DNA of 64,000 bases. Source: Candidatus Spongiisociaceae bacterium (GTDB lineage: Bacteria; Actinomycetota; Acidimicrobiia; Spongiisociales; Spongiisociaceae). The notes below the pieces were generated by a model. That model saw only the letters and a program-made list of their open reading frames with translations, had not been told where the DNA came from and did not search any database. The DNA lies in assembly GCA_965262915.1 (NCBI GenBank), contig OZ253564.1:2336001-2400000 (forward strand). The letters run 5' to 3'. The position numbers and the translations under genes are program-made. Of the stretch, positions 1 to 12,683 are shown one piece after another (the first letter of the stretch is position 1; each line of letters opens with the position of its first letter).

Positions 1-713
1 GAACCAAGCATCAACCAGCAGCCGGTCCGTGTTCGGGCCGCGACCACCGAAAAGGACGTTTACGCACCCTCCCCCTGCAACTGTCAGGGTGTACTCCGTC
101 CACACACCCACCGTCATTGTGGACGGATCAGGCTCGAACCACGCGTCAGTCACTGTGCTCACACCGGTCGGGAACGCTCCGATTTCGCACCCGGTTGAGT
201 CGTCCTCAGGGTCCTGGGACTCGCTGGCAACGGTGGTGCCCTGGGCCAGGTTCGACCAGGGGCTGTCGCCTTCGTGGTTGCGGGCCAGCACCCGCGCCTC
301 GTAGTCGGTGCCGGGGGTCAGGTCGGTCAGGGTGATGGACAGGCCCGTCCCCTCGTGATCGGCGTCGCTGTTCCACGACGACAGCGGGTCGGTCACCTCC
401 CGGTACTCGACGTCGTAGTCGGTGATCGCGGGGCGGCCCGCGTTGTCGGGCGCGGTCCATCCCACCACCAGGGAGGTCCGCGTCTGACCTGCTATGGAAA
501 CCGTCGGGCGGCCCGGTGGCTCTGCCATGTCGGTCACCGTGATGGTCACCGCGATGCTGGCGCTGGCTTCGTGGGGGTCGGCGGCGGTGACGGTGACCGT
601 GTAGCTCTGCCCCGTCTCGTGGTCCAGGACGGTTCCCTCCCCCACCGTGATCTGGCCGCCGCTGTCGATCTCGAAGGAGCCGGAGTCCGCGCCTCCCAGG
701 CTGTAGGTCAGCG
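1..713 (-). pseudogene. Cadherin + fibronectin type III surface protein; 5' part cut off by IS30, 3' part runs off the window
   Basis: Manual minus-strand translation, not in the ORF track: PLTYSLGGADSGSFEIDSGGQITVGEGTVLDHETGQSYTVTVTAAD (cadherin), then EPPGRP..LVVGWTAPDNAGRPAITDYDVEYR..LTPGTDYEARVLARNHEGDSPWS (FN3). The frame is open to position 1 and begins abruptly at the IS30 left end. Confidence 0.85.
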
Positions 714-3105
<2,392 letters not shown>

Positions 3106-3157
3106 GACTCCATTATCTCCCAACTAATCGAGTCTCCGGAAAACCCGGTGCGGTTCA

Positions 3158-3613
3158 CACAGCCGCCGACGAGGTCGTGTCAACCACCAGCGCCGGGCTG
3201 CCATGAGCTGCTGCGTCTTCGATCAACCGGCGGATAGGCCCCTCGTCGTTGGGAACCGGGCGGGCGAACAACGGCTCGCCTCGAGCCGACAGCACACAGG
3301 CGTAGTGTTTCCCCTTGGCGATATCAACACCGACGAACACCTCGGGGGTGGGCTGGGGACAATCTTGCATCAGGAGAATCCTTTCCGGTTCGGACGCATG
3401 CGACGCTGCCCGCAGGTACCAACGCCTCAACCACATCTGCGAACCAGCCCCACAATCTCGGTGCATGTCCCCCTCAGAGGTCGCAGGCACCCAACCACGG
3501 CAGGTGGCAACACCCCCCAGGCCATCTCTGTGACAGGGGGACAGAGCCCTGCCCGCCGCGGCGAGCAACCAGCCCCGATACTCACACACCAGAGCTACCG
3601 AACAAGGTATAAG
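3158..3613 (-). mobile_element. IS110-family remnant: non-coding left end plus N-terminal DEDD domain, cut by IS3
   Basis: ATG at 3370 gives MQDCPQPTPEVFVGVDIAKGKHYACVLSARGEPLFARPVPNDE (IS110 N-terminal signature). About 240 bp of non-coding leader precedes it. The left boundary is approximate. Confidence 0.75.
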
Positions 3614-3714
3614 GGGGGAAGAGGCGTGATGGCAGATGCCATGGTTGTGGTCTCTCGGATTGGTACATGTACCAGACCTTTGTGTCATTGAGGTGGCAGT
3701 CAAACCTCTTTGGG

Positions 3715-3806
3715 TAGCAGGATCGCAACAGTTGTCCTCCGGTGAGGTAGCAGCGGTACGATAACAGTTTTCCTCCGGTGAGGGATTATCGGGTGAGGGA
3801 TTATCG
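3715..3806. repeat. Short tandem duplications upstream of the IS481 remnant
   Basis: TAGCAG..AACAGTT(G/T)TCCTCCGGTGAGG twice (3715-3783) and GGTGAGGGATTATCG twice (3777-3806). Confidence 0.7.
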
Positions 3807-3821
3807 GGCCGGAACCTGTGG

Positions 3822-4105
3822 TTGCGGGTATTCGCCCTAGCCCGTGAGTTGGGGAACGTGTGTTTGGCGTGTCCGATGATGGGAATCCGTCATTCCACGT
3901 TCTATCGGTGGAAGTATCAGATGGAACGGCACGGCACCGAGATCCTGCGTCCCGGGGAGCGGCGCCGGCCGCGGACGCCCAACGCGACCAGTCCGCATGT
4001 GGAACATCGGGTGGTGGCGTTCGCGTTGGGTCACCCAGGGTTCGGTCCGGCTCGGATGTCAGCTGAGCCGGACCGAGAAAACTGGGGTGGGACCGTTATC
4101 TCATC
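3822..4105 (+). pseudogene. IS481-family transposase N-terminal HTH fragment
   Basis: RVFALARELGNV..AC..MGI..STFYRWK..G...LRP.ERRRPR.PN..VE.RVVAFALGHPGFGPAR; no DDE domain follows. Confidence 0.75.
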
Positions 4106-4115
4106 CGGTCAGGCC

Positions 4116-4448
4116 CTACGGGTCGACGTTGACGTAGTTGGACCGCTCGCCCGCTCCGGCCCCGTTGACGGCCTTCACCCGGTACACGTGCTGTGTTCCC
4201 GCCGTCACGTCGGTGTCGGTGAAGGTGGTCGCTGCGCTTCCCGTGTCCGCCACGTACACCAGCAGCGTCTCTTCCCCCTCGCAGGGACGCCGCCGCAGGA
4301 TCAGGTAGCCGCTGACCGAATCGTCGTCCGGGGCCTCCCAGGTCAGGATCACCGAGCCGTCGGCGTTCGCCGTGGCCGTCAGGTTCGTCGGCGCCGGAGG
4401 CGGCTCCGGCGCCGCCGTGGCCGAGCTGGTCAGCGTCTCGTCGTTCAC
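4116..4448 (-). pseudogene. Orphan FN3 domain, the 3' end of a lost surface-protein gene
   Basis: NDETLTSSATAAPEPPPAPTNLTAT..VILTWEAP..GYLILRR..FTDTDVTAGTQHVYRVKAVN; starts mid-linker. Confidence 0.8.
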
Positions 4449-7400
4449 TGCGCCGTCGGCACCTCATTGAATATGAAGGCGGTGTTGCCTGGTCCCCAGA
4501 TGTCGAGTCGGATGGCTACGCCGCTTATGAAGAGCGCGCCTTCGGCGCGGGTTGCCGGGCGGTGGGGGCAGAACAGTCCGGGTTCGCATCCGGGCACGAC
4601 TTGGAAGTCTGTCAGCCAGGCAATGGCCGGGGTGTAGAACCTTTCGGGCGCCACATCGGTGTAGGGAGGGGTTCCACCCTGGTGGTCGGCTTGCACATGT
4701 CAGTATAGGAGGGTCGCCATCTGTCCCCTGGTGACATCTTGGGTGGGGCAGAACCGCCAGTCGGGGTCTCCGAACCGGCCTTGGGTGCATCCCAGTGTGG
4801 TTCCGTTGGAGACCGCCCAGCCGATGGCTTGGTCGGCGTATACACCATCTGGGACATCGGTGAAGGCTTCCGATCCCCGATAGGTTGGGGTGGGTCGTCC
4901 GGCGGCTCTCCACAGGAAGGTCACGAATTGCTGGCGGGTGAGGTTGCTCTCAGGGCAGAACATTGTGGGTGTGCATCCTGCGGTGACTTGGTGGAGGATC
5001 ATCCACGACACGGCTGACTCGTACCAGGCTCCGGCTACGACATCGTCGAACAGTTCAGACGCTCTGGGCGGTTCACCACCACCATCGGCGCCACCACCGC
5101 CACCACCACCCGAAGAACCGCCGCTCGAAGAACTGCCGGAGGAACCGCCGCTCGAAGAACTGCCGGAGGAACCGCCGCCACCGCCGCCCGAAGAACCGCC
5201 GCCGCCACCGCCGCCCGAAGAACCGCCGCCACCAGCATCGCCACCGCCTGAGGGCGGGCTCTGATCGGCCTCGTTGACGTCGGTGACGTTGATCGTCAGC
5301 GTGACGCTGTCGCTCAAACCGTCCGGGTTGGTGGCGGTGACTATGACTTCGTATGAACGCCTGGTCTCGTAGTCCATTGCCGCGTTGGCCCGTAACTCTC
5401 CAACCGTCGGATCCGGGATGTTGAAGGACGCCGCATCGGGGCCGCTCAGCGTGTAGGTGAGCGTTGCGCCCTTCGGGTCAAGGGCCAGCACCTTGGCGAC
5501 GATGCTTAATGGGCTGTTGTTTTCCTCCGCATCTCGGACCTGGGTGTCGGTCATGAAGGCCGGCGCCCGGCTGGCAGTGACCCGGAGTATCCGGTCCCTG
5601 CCCAGACCTAAGTCTGATCGGTCGGTGGTGACGTAGAGGGCGCCGTCAGGACCCATTACGGGGCTCCGCAGCCGGCCCCATACCCAGTTGGGTTCGGGTG
5701 AAATGACATGGCTCACGAAGTCGCCTTCCTGGGTGAACTCGAAGATACGCAGCGACTTCATCTTGAGCGTGGCCACGGCCAGCCGCCCTTCCCACTCGCC
5801 CCAATCCTCCCCCTCCAAGAAGGCGCCGTCGCTGGTGGCCGGCGTCGGGTTCCCCGACGACCACTTGGCCTCGATGGCGTCGGGATAACGCTCGAGGTCG
5901 GTCATGGGGCCGTCCAAGCCGGAGCTCGCCGGATCCCAGCCGTAGTTGCCGCCTGCCACCAGCAGGTTGATCTCGTCATCCCAGTGCGGGCCGTGCTCCA
6001 CCGACCACATCTGGTTGGCGCCGGGCCGCAGGGCCAGGCCCTGCGGATTCCGGTGGCCGTAGGTATAGACCGGCGACGGAGCGAAGGGATTCGTAGGCGC
6101 CCCGGCGCCTGTCGATGCGTCAACACGCAGGATCTTGCCGGCGAGTGAGCCGAGGTCCTGGGCGTTGGTCTGCACCCCTCCGTCGCCGGTCGAGATCCAC
6201 AGGTAGCCTTGCGGGCCGAAGCGGACCCGGCAGCCGGCAAGACCGGCGCCGAAGTTGCTGATCTCCCAGTAGACGAGGGGATCGTCTACCCGTGTGGCTG
6301 TGGTGTAGCCATCGTCGATAGTCCAGGAAACCACCTGCACTGCGACATCCCAGTGGCCCTGGCAGGTGTAGAACCGCCGGTTGGACGCGAAGTCGGGATC
6401 GGTGACGATCCCCATCAGGCCAGTCTTCACATCGACCCATAGATCGCTGAAGTCGGCGGTGACGGTCTGGATCGTTCCGTCGGTGAGGCGGCTGCTCAGT
6501 ACCCCCCACCGCTCGGTAAACAGCATCGTCCCATCGGGCGTGAAGGCGATGTCCCACGGGTGCGACAGGCGCGAGACGAGTTCCAGGACCGACAACTCAG
6601 GCGCCGGTGCGGGTTCACCGACCGGGTGGTCCGATACGACCTCCGCGGTCTTGCCGGAGCCCTGCGCGTCGGTGTACGTCGCCGTGGCCCGAAGATACAT
6701 TCCCTCTTTGTCGCCGTCAGGCGCGTAATCAACGCCGGCCCAGCGGTCGGGCATGTCGGAAACAGCCGTCCAGCTGACCTTGTTCGAGGAAAACGCCCAC
6801 TGCCATTCCACAGGCTGGCCGTATTCGTCCACCACACCGCCGTCCGGGTCGTCCACCCTGGCCCTGAGCACGGTTCCAACCCGCGGCTGGGTGGGAAACA
6901 GGGTGACGGTTCCGTCCTCGTCAACGTTGATCACGTCGATGGTCACCACGATCTCGCCGCTGAGGCCGAGGCTGTCGGTGGCGATCACCGTCACCGAATA
7001 CTCCGACTTGGCCTCGTGGTCGAGGGCGGCTTCCGTGCGCATCTGGCCGGTCGTGGCGTCGATGGCGAACGATGCGGCGTCGGGGCCGCCGAGCGAGTAG
7101 CTCACCGAGTCTCCGCTGTCGGGGTCCGTGGCCACAAACGGTTCGCCGAAGTCCACACCGGCGGCCGTATTCTCGGGAACGGCGCGGGCGCCGCTCTCCG
7201 TGGCCGGGAAGGACGGCGAGAGCGACTGGAGGGTGAAGGTCAGCGTGGCGATCGGCTTGGCCGAGAAACTGCGGGTGCCGCTGATGCTCGCGATCACGCC
7301 CTGCGGGTTGGTGGCGACGCTGGGGCTGAGCGAGAAGTCGTCGCCGTCCTCGGTTCCGGCGTCCCACGGGAAGAGGTCCACCTCGCGGGAGGCGAGCCGG

Positions 7401-8098
7401 CGGCCCTCGCTGTCGAGCAAGGGCAGCCCGGAGACGCCGACAAACCAGTCGTGGCTCGGCGCGATCATCGTCGTGAGCGTCACCGCGGGTACCTGCTGGT
7501 GAGCGTGACGTCGCTCAAGGTTCTTCCGACGGTCCTTAACGTAGCGTTGCTGCCATTCGTGGTGGCGGTGACGGTGGTCTGCGCGACCGTGTAGCCGACG
7601 GACGCGGTGTAGGAGGTCGTTGCGCCGACGAACGTCGGGTACAGCCTCGCGCCGGTGAGCGTAGAGGTCGCCGAGGGTGGCATCGTCGGAGAGCGTCGTC
7701 GTCCGCGCCCGGGTGGCCGCGCCCGTCACCGTCTCGTCGTTACCGTCGTCGGCACTGGAGCTCACCCTCACCTTGGCGGCCTTGCCTTCGTCTGAGTCCA
7801 CCAGCGTCACGGCACTGCTGGTAACGGAGCTTTCCATCCTGCTCGGACCGGGGACGACCTCGACGATCTGTGGGGACGGGGCCTGTTCGTCTTCCGACCC
7901 TTCTGCCCGCACCGGCCCGGCGGAGACCAGAACGGCGACCGCGAGCACGCCCAATAGGCCGCCCACTCCAACCGTTCCACTTTCCTGTTCGTCTGGGGAC
8001 GGTAGGGTCGGATCAGCTTGTGGGCGGCGCCGATCTCCGAAAGGGCATCTGCGAAGTGTTTGGTTTCTGCGGTAGGCCATGGCGTCGTCGGTCATCAC
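4445..8098 (-). pseudogene. Large secreted mosaic protein: cadherin-like sandwich, partial Spondin_N, cadherin, Ig-like, PQQ glucose/sorbosone dehydrogenase-type propeller, cadherin, G/S linker, 3 SLH. Nonsense codon at 4700-4702.
   Basis: MIAPSHDWFVGVSG..DAGTEDG (spondin); VPENT..ATDPDSGD..YSL..LDHE..Y (cadherin); LSHPWDIAFTPDG, YGHRNPQGLA, EHGPHWDDEINL (GSDH); FDDV..WY..AV.W..GC..FCP..TRQQ (SLH). ORF 4445-4696 continues the same frame after the TGA. Start codon uncertain. Confidence 0.8.
5070..5256 (-). repeat. Gly/Ser low-complexity linker repeats
   Basis: GGGGSSGGGG / SSGSSSSGG units between the last cadherin domain and the SLH domains. Confidence 0.85.
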
Positions 8099-8248
8099 CG
8101 GTCTATGCGATACCCACAGATGGCAAGCCGGCGGGCCGCGCGAACGAACCCGGCGCAGGTCCGTCCGTCCTCCGGGTCGAGGACTTCAGATCGGGCCGGA
8201 CCACTGTGGTTGTCGACCATGGAGTGCACGTACTCACATCCCACTTTC

Positions 8249-8326
8249 TGTTCAGGACATGAAGTGTCCATTATCATGAAGTGTCTATCATACTGTGTCT
8301 ACTAATATCTAGTTGAATGTTCAGGA
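8249..8326. promoter_or_regulatory. AT-rich direct repeats between the divergent surface-protein genes; candidate operator/promoter
   Basis: CATGAAGTGTC at 8258 and 8275, a degenerate third copy at 8289, and TGTTCAGGA at 8249 and 8318. Confidence 0.4.
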
Positions 8327-9071
8327 GAACAGTACCGATGCTACTCACTGCGTCCAAGAGGCTGTGTCCATGAGTCGGAGTCGTGTGAGACCGCTTCGCG
8401 GGGCAGGCGCCCCTGCCGGTTCCGCCGCGGGGGGATCCGCAGCGGCGATGCTCTCGATACCGCCAGATGCCCATGGCCGGTGGAGTCCGTGGTCTTCGCG
8501 TCCGGTCCGGTTCCCGGTGGGCGAACTCAGGAGGTCCGATTGATGACTGTACGACGGTGGAATTCGGTTTGGGCGGTGCTGGTTCTATCGGTTGTCTTGC
8601 CGGCCGCGCAGGCTACGCCGACCCCGGCTCAGACCCCCACATCGCCGTGTACCACGTCCGGAGCGTTACCGACTGACGCATCCGATGCATTGACAGCCGA
8701 CTGCGATGCCTTGTGGGCGTTCTACAACGGCCTCACCAATCAGGGACGCTTGGCTGCGGGTGCCGGTGTTTGGGGCGCCGGCTCGCCTCTGGCGGCTTGG
8801 ACGGGGGTAGAGGTCACGAGCGGCCGTGTCAGTGGGCTGGATCTCGAAGCAAGTGGCTTGGAGGGGACCATCGGCTCCGAACTGGGCAACCTCGACGCGC
8901 TGGTGGTTCTGAATCTCGGCAGCAACGGTCTAACCGGCGCGATTCCCTTCCAATTGGGAGGCCTCGAAAATCTGGAAGAGCTGTTTCTCTACCAGAATGG
9001 TTTGACCGGTGGGATCCCCACCCAGTTTAGCGGTCTCGTCAACCTAAGGAATCTGTTTCTTCAAGAAAACC

Positions 9072-10504
9072 GGCTCTTCGGAAATGAGTGGGGAGTAGGG
9101 GATCTGCCAGGGGGAGTTGGAATCCACCAGAAGTGAGGAGGGGTCCTCCATAATCGGGTGTTGGTAATGACATCCGAGGCAGGAGGACCCCTGTGGAAGC
9201 TGATCCTACGCGCATGTGCGAGAAGTTGGTAGGCCTAGGTGAGGTTGATCTGGTAGGGATCAACGACCCGGGCGAGGAGGCACCGTTGGAGGTGGTGATC
9301 CGGTCCCGCAAGCCCCGGCCGTTGTGTGAGTCCTGTGGCGGGTCGGTGTGGTCGAAGGGCTATCGGACGGTTGTGTTGGTGGATTTACCGGCGTTCGGCC
9401 GGCCTGTGCGGCTGCGGTGGCGGAAACGGCGCTGGACATGTCCGAACCCCGACTGTGCGCTCAGATCGTTCATCGAACAAGACCCCAAGATTGGTCCCCA
9501 ACGGGCGTTGTTGACATCCCGAGCGGCCCGGTGGGTGACCATCCAGGTGGGTGGGCGGGGCCGTTCGGTCGACGAGGTCGCCGCAGAACTTGGTTGTGAT
9601 TGGCATACGGTGAACAAAGAGGTTGGCCGCTGGGGCGAAGCGCTGCTGGAAGCAGACACCGATCGGGTCGGGACCGTCGAAGCTGTGGGAGTGGACGAGA
9701 CGTTGTTCTGGCGTCGGGGCCGTTGGCGTACCAAAGTCTGGTGCACCTCTGTCGTCGACGTTGGCGGCCACCAGCTGATCGACATAGTCCCTGGTAGAAC
9801 AGCAGAAAGCGCCGCAGCCTGGTTCCGGTCACAACCCACCGAATGGTGTGAGGCTATCCGCTGGGCGGTGTTGGACATGTCCGGTTCGTATCGGAAGGCG
9901 TATGACAGGGTGCTGCCGCACGCGCTGCAGGTAGCGGACCCGTTCCACGTCATCCGCCTCGCCAACCAGCGTCTCGACGAGGTACGACGAAGAGTCCAAA
10001 ACGAAACCCTCGGGCATCGAGGCCGCAAGGATGACCCGCTGTATCGGATACGGCGGCTCCTAACCGCTGCGCATGAGAGGATCAGCGACCGGGGTCAAAT
10101 ACGGCTGCGTGGTCTCCTCGATGCTGGTGACCCCTACGGGGAAGTGCGCACAGCCTGGCACGCGAAAGAGACGGTACGAGGCATCTACGGGATCGAGAGT
10201 CCGGTCCTTGCTCTCCGATACACCCTCCAGCTCGCAGACGACCTCCAACACGAATCCTGCCCACCCGAGATCAACAAGCTGGGTCGTACCATCGCCCGCT
10301 GGACCCCCCAGATCACCAACTGGCACATCTCGAAGGTAACCAACGGACCCACCGAAGCCCTCAACAACCTCATCAAACGGATCAAACGAGCAGCGTTCGG
10401 GTTCCGCAACTTCGCGAACTACCGAATCCGCGCCCTTCTCTACGCGGGGAAACCCAACTGGGACCTACTCCCATCGGTCACTCCCCACTGAAATCCGATG
10501 AGCC
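9072..10504 (+). mobile_element. ISL3-family IS, intact, with 8-bp TSD
   Basis: IRs GGCTCTTCGGAAATGAGTGGGGAGT / GGCTCATCGGATTTCAGTGGGGAGT; TSD AGAAAACC at 9064-9071 and 10505-10512. Confidence 0.95.
9193..10491 (+). CDS. ISL3-family transposase
   Basis: Zinc finger CESC..CPNPDC, VGVDET, VLDMSGSY, DPFHVI, TNGPTEALNNLIKRIKR..FGFRN. Confidence 0.95.
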   Translation: MEADPTRMCEKLVGLGEVDLVGINDPGEEAPLEVVIRSRKPRPLCESCGGSVWSKGYRTVVLVDLPAFGRPVRLRWRKRRWTCPNPDCALRSFIEQDPKIGPQRALLTSRAARWVTIQVGGRGRSVDEVAAELGCDWHTVNKEVGRWGEALLEADTDRVGTVEAVGVDETLFWRRGRWRTKVWCTSVVDVGGHQLIDIVPGRTAESAAAWFRSQPTEWCEAIRWAVLDMSGSYRKAYDRVLPHALQVADPFHVIRLANQRLDEVRRRVQNETLGHRGRKDDPLYRIRRLLTAAHERISDRGQIRLRGLLDAGDPYGEVRTAWHAKETVRGIYGIESPVLALRYTLQLADDLQHESCPPEINKLGRTIARWTPQITNWHISKVTNGPTEALNNLIKRIKRAAFGFRNFANYRIRALLYAGKPNWDLLPSVTPH

Positions 10505-11144
10505 AGAAAACCAGCTATCGGGGACGATCCCCGACCTGTCTGGTTTGGACAATCTCGTAGAGGCGTTCCTTCGCGATAACAACCTGTCAGGGACAGTCCC
10601 TACCTGGCTCGGTGATCTCGATAGCTTACGAGTACTCGATCTAAGCCACAACGCGTTGACCGGAACCATCCCCACCCAGATCGGTGAACTAAAGGCGATA
10701 GACTTTCTCAATATCAGCAACAATCAGCTGACGGGTACGCTTCCCACCGAGCTGGGCGATTTGAAGAATACCCTAACTCACCTCCAATTCGAACGTAACA
10801 GCCTATCGGGATCAATCCCTGCTTCACTGGGCGAACTCGAACACCTGGAGCGTGTACATCTCTTCGACAACCAGTTGACAGGATCGTTACCTGATGAGAT
10901 AGGTTCCCTCACCGGATTGAAACACCTATACATCCACGACAACAACGGTTTGATACTTCGGCAAGAACAGTTCGAAGGTTCCAACTATCCCGGTCTCCTT
11001 ACTCTCAAGATCACGAACAACGCCGGCAACAAGATGCTCAGACAAGCACTGATATCCACCAGACCTGCCTTGGACGTAACCTTGTTGCCTGAGGACCCAC
11101 CGGATTCGGACCCTGAACCAATCCCCGACCCACCGCCCCAGGAC

Positions 11145-11360
11145 TCTTCGGGTGGTGGCTCTACCGGTGGTGGTGGTTCTTCGGGTGGTGGCTCTACCGG
11201 TGGTGGTGGTTCTTCGGGTGGTGGCTCTACCGGTGGTGGTGGTTCTTCGGGTGGTGGCTCTACCGGTGGTGGTGGTTCTTCTGGTGGTGGTGGTTCTTCT
11301 GGTGGTGGTGGTTCTTCTGGTGGTGGTTCTTCCGGTGGTGGTGGTTCTTCTTCGGGTGGT
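11145..11360 (+). repeat. Gly/Ser linker; 33-bp unit (SSGGGSTGGGG) x4 plus shorter units
   Basis: TCTTCGGGTGGTGGCTCTACCGGTGGTGGTGGT repeated in tandem. Confidence 0.9.
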
Positions 11361-11393
11361 CGCCCGGCGGAGAAGGCTGAGCCGGTTGACAGT

Positions 11394-12416
11394 TTCGGTG
11401 ACGATGATGGCTCGGTGCATGAGGACGCGATCAATCGTCTGGCCGCAGCGGGGGTCACCGGGGGCTGCGGAGGGCGGGAGTTCTGCCCGTCGGCACCGGT
11501 AAGCAGGGCCCAGATGGCAACCTTCCTGGCCCGGGCGTTGGGCTTACCTGATACAGGTGAGGACTACTTCGGTGACGATGATGGCTCGGTGCATGAGGAC
11601 GCGATCAATCGTCTGGCCGCAGCGGGGGTCACCGGGGGCTGCGGAGGGCGGGAGTTCTGCCCGTCGGCACCGGTAAGCAGGGCCCAGATGGCAACCTTCC
11701 TGGCCCGGGCGTTGGGCTTACCTGATACAGGTGAGGACTACTTCGGTGACGATGATGGCTCGGTGCATGAGGACGCTATCAATCGTCTGGCCGCAGCGGG
11801 GGTCACCGGGGGCTGCGGAGGGCGGGAGTTCTGCCCGTCGGCACCGGTAAGCAGGGCCCAGATGGCAACCTTCCTGGCCCGGGCGTTGGGCTTACCTGAT
11901 ACAGGTGAGGACTACTTCGGTGACGATGATGGCTCGGTGCATGAGGACGCTATCAATCGTCTGGCCGCAGCGGGGGTCACCGGGGGCTGTGGGGAGCGGG
12001 AGTTCTGCCCGTCGGCACCGGTAAGCAGGGCCCAGATGGCAACCTTCCTGGCCCGGGCGTTGGGCTTACCTGATACAGGTGAGGACTACTTCGGTGACGA
12101 TGATGGCTCGGTGCATGAGGACGCTATCAATCGTCTGGCCGCAGCGGGGGTCACCGGGGGCTGCGGAGGGCGGGAGTTCTGCCCGTCGGCACCGGTAAGC
12201 AGGGCCCAGATGGCAACCTTCCTGGCCCGGGCGTTGGGCTTACCTGATACAGGTGAGGACTACTTCGGTGACGATGATGGCTCGGTGCATGAGGACGCGA
12301 TCAATCGTCTGGCCGCAGCGGGGGTCACCGGGGGCTGTGGGGAGCGGGAGTTCTGCCCGTCGGCACCGGTAAGCAGGGCCCAGATGGCAACCTTCCTGGC
12401 CCGGGCGCTTGATCTG
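11394..12416 (+). repeat. Six near-identical 174-bp tandem repeats, each encoding one SLH domain
   Basis: Units start at 11394, 11568, 11742, 11916, 12090 and 12264 (last one shortened): FGDDDGSVHEDAINRLAAAGVTGGCG(G/E)REFCPSAPVSRAQMATFLARAL. Confidence 0.95.
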
Positions 12417-12565
12417 TGATCCAACACCTCCGCGGTCATGCGCCCGCGACCCGAGGCAGAGCCGGCGCACACCCGATTGCTCCTACTTCCGCCGGGCGCC
12501 GATCCAGTCTTTCCTACCAGCTCAGTTAGAACCAGATCGGAGCGGACTCGTCGTTGCTTGCAGAC

Positions 12566-12680
12566 CTATGCACCGTTGCCCAGGTCACGAATTGCACCAC
12601 CGACCACCAGTTCGGCGACGTCCCTCCAGCCGTAGCACACCTCGACGAGGTCTGTTCCGGCGATGTCGTGGGTTCTACGT
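12566..12680 (-). pseudogene. 3' remnant of a paralog of the GNAT gene at 15335-15892
   Basis: HDIAGTDLVEVCYGWRDVAELVVGGAIRDLGNGA* aligns with LEISGQGIAEVSYGWRNVADLVIGRGVGDRSDGR*. Confidence 0.75.
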
Positions 12681-12683
12681 CGT

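Larger units (their letters stand above)
8543..12419 (+). pseudogene. Secreted LRR protein (plant-type LxxLxLxxNxLxGxIP) with G/S linker and 6 SLH domains, interrupted by ISL3
   Basis: AGGAGG RBS and signal peptide MTVRRWNSVWAVLVLSVVLPAAQA; LRR N-cap DCDAL..W.GV..GRV..LDL. Removing the IS and one TSD restores LFLQENQLSGTIPDLSGLDNL in frame with ORF 10545-12419. Confidence 0.92.

Noticed and set aside
4700-4702. In-frame TGA as selenocysteine or recoding
   Set aside because: The context predicts Arg (CGA>TGA), not Cys, and TGA is a normal stop throughout the window.
11394-12416. Regular repeat array as a possible CRISPR
   Set aside because: The units are 174-bp in-frame coding repeats with no unique spacers, and no cas genes are present.
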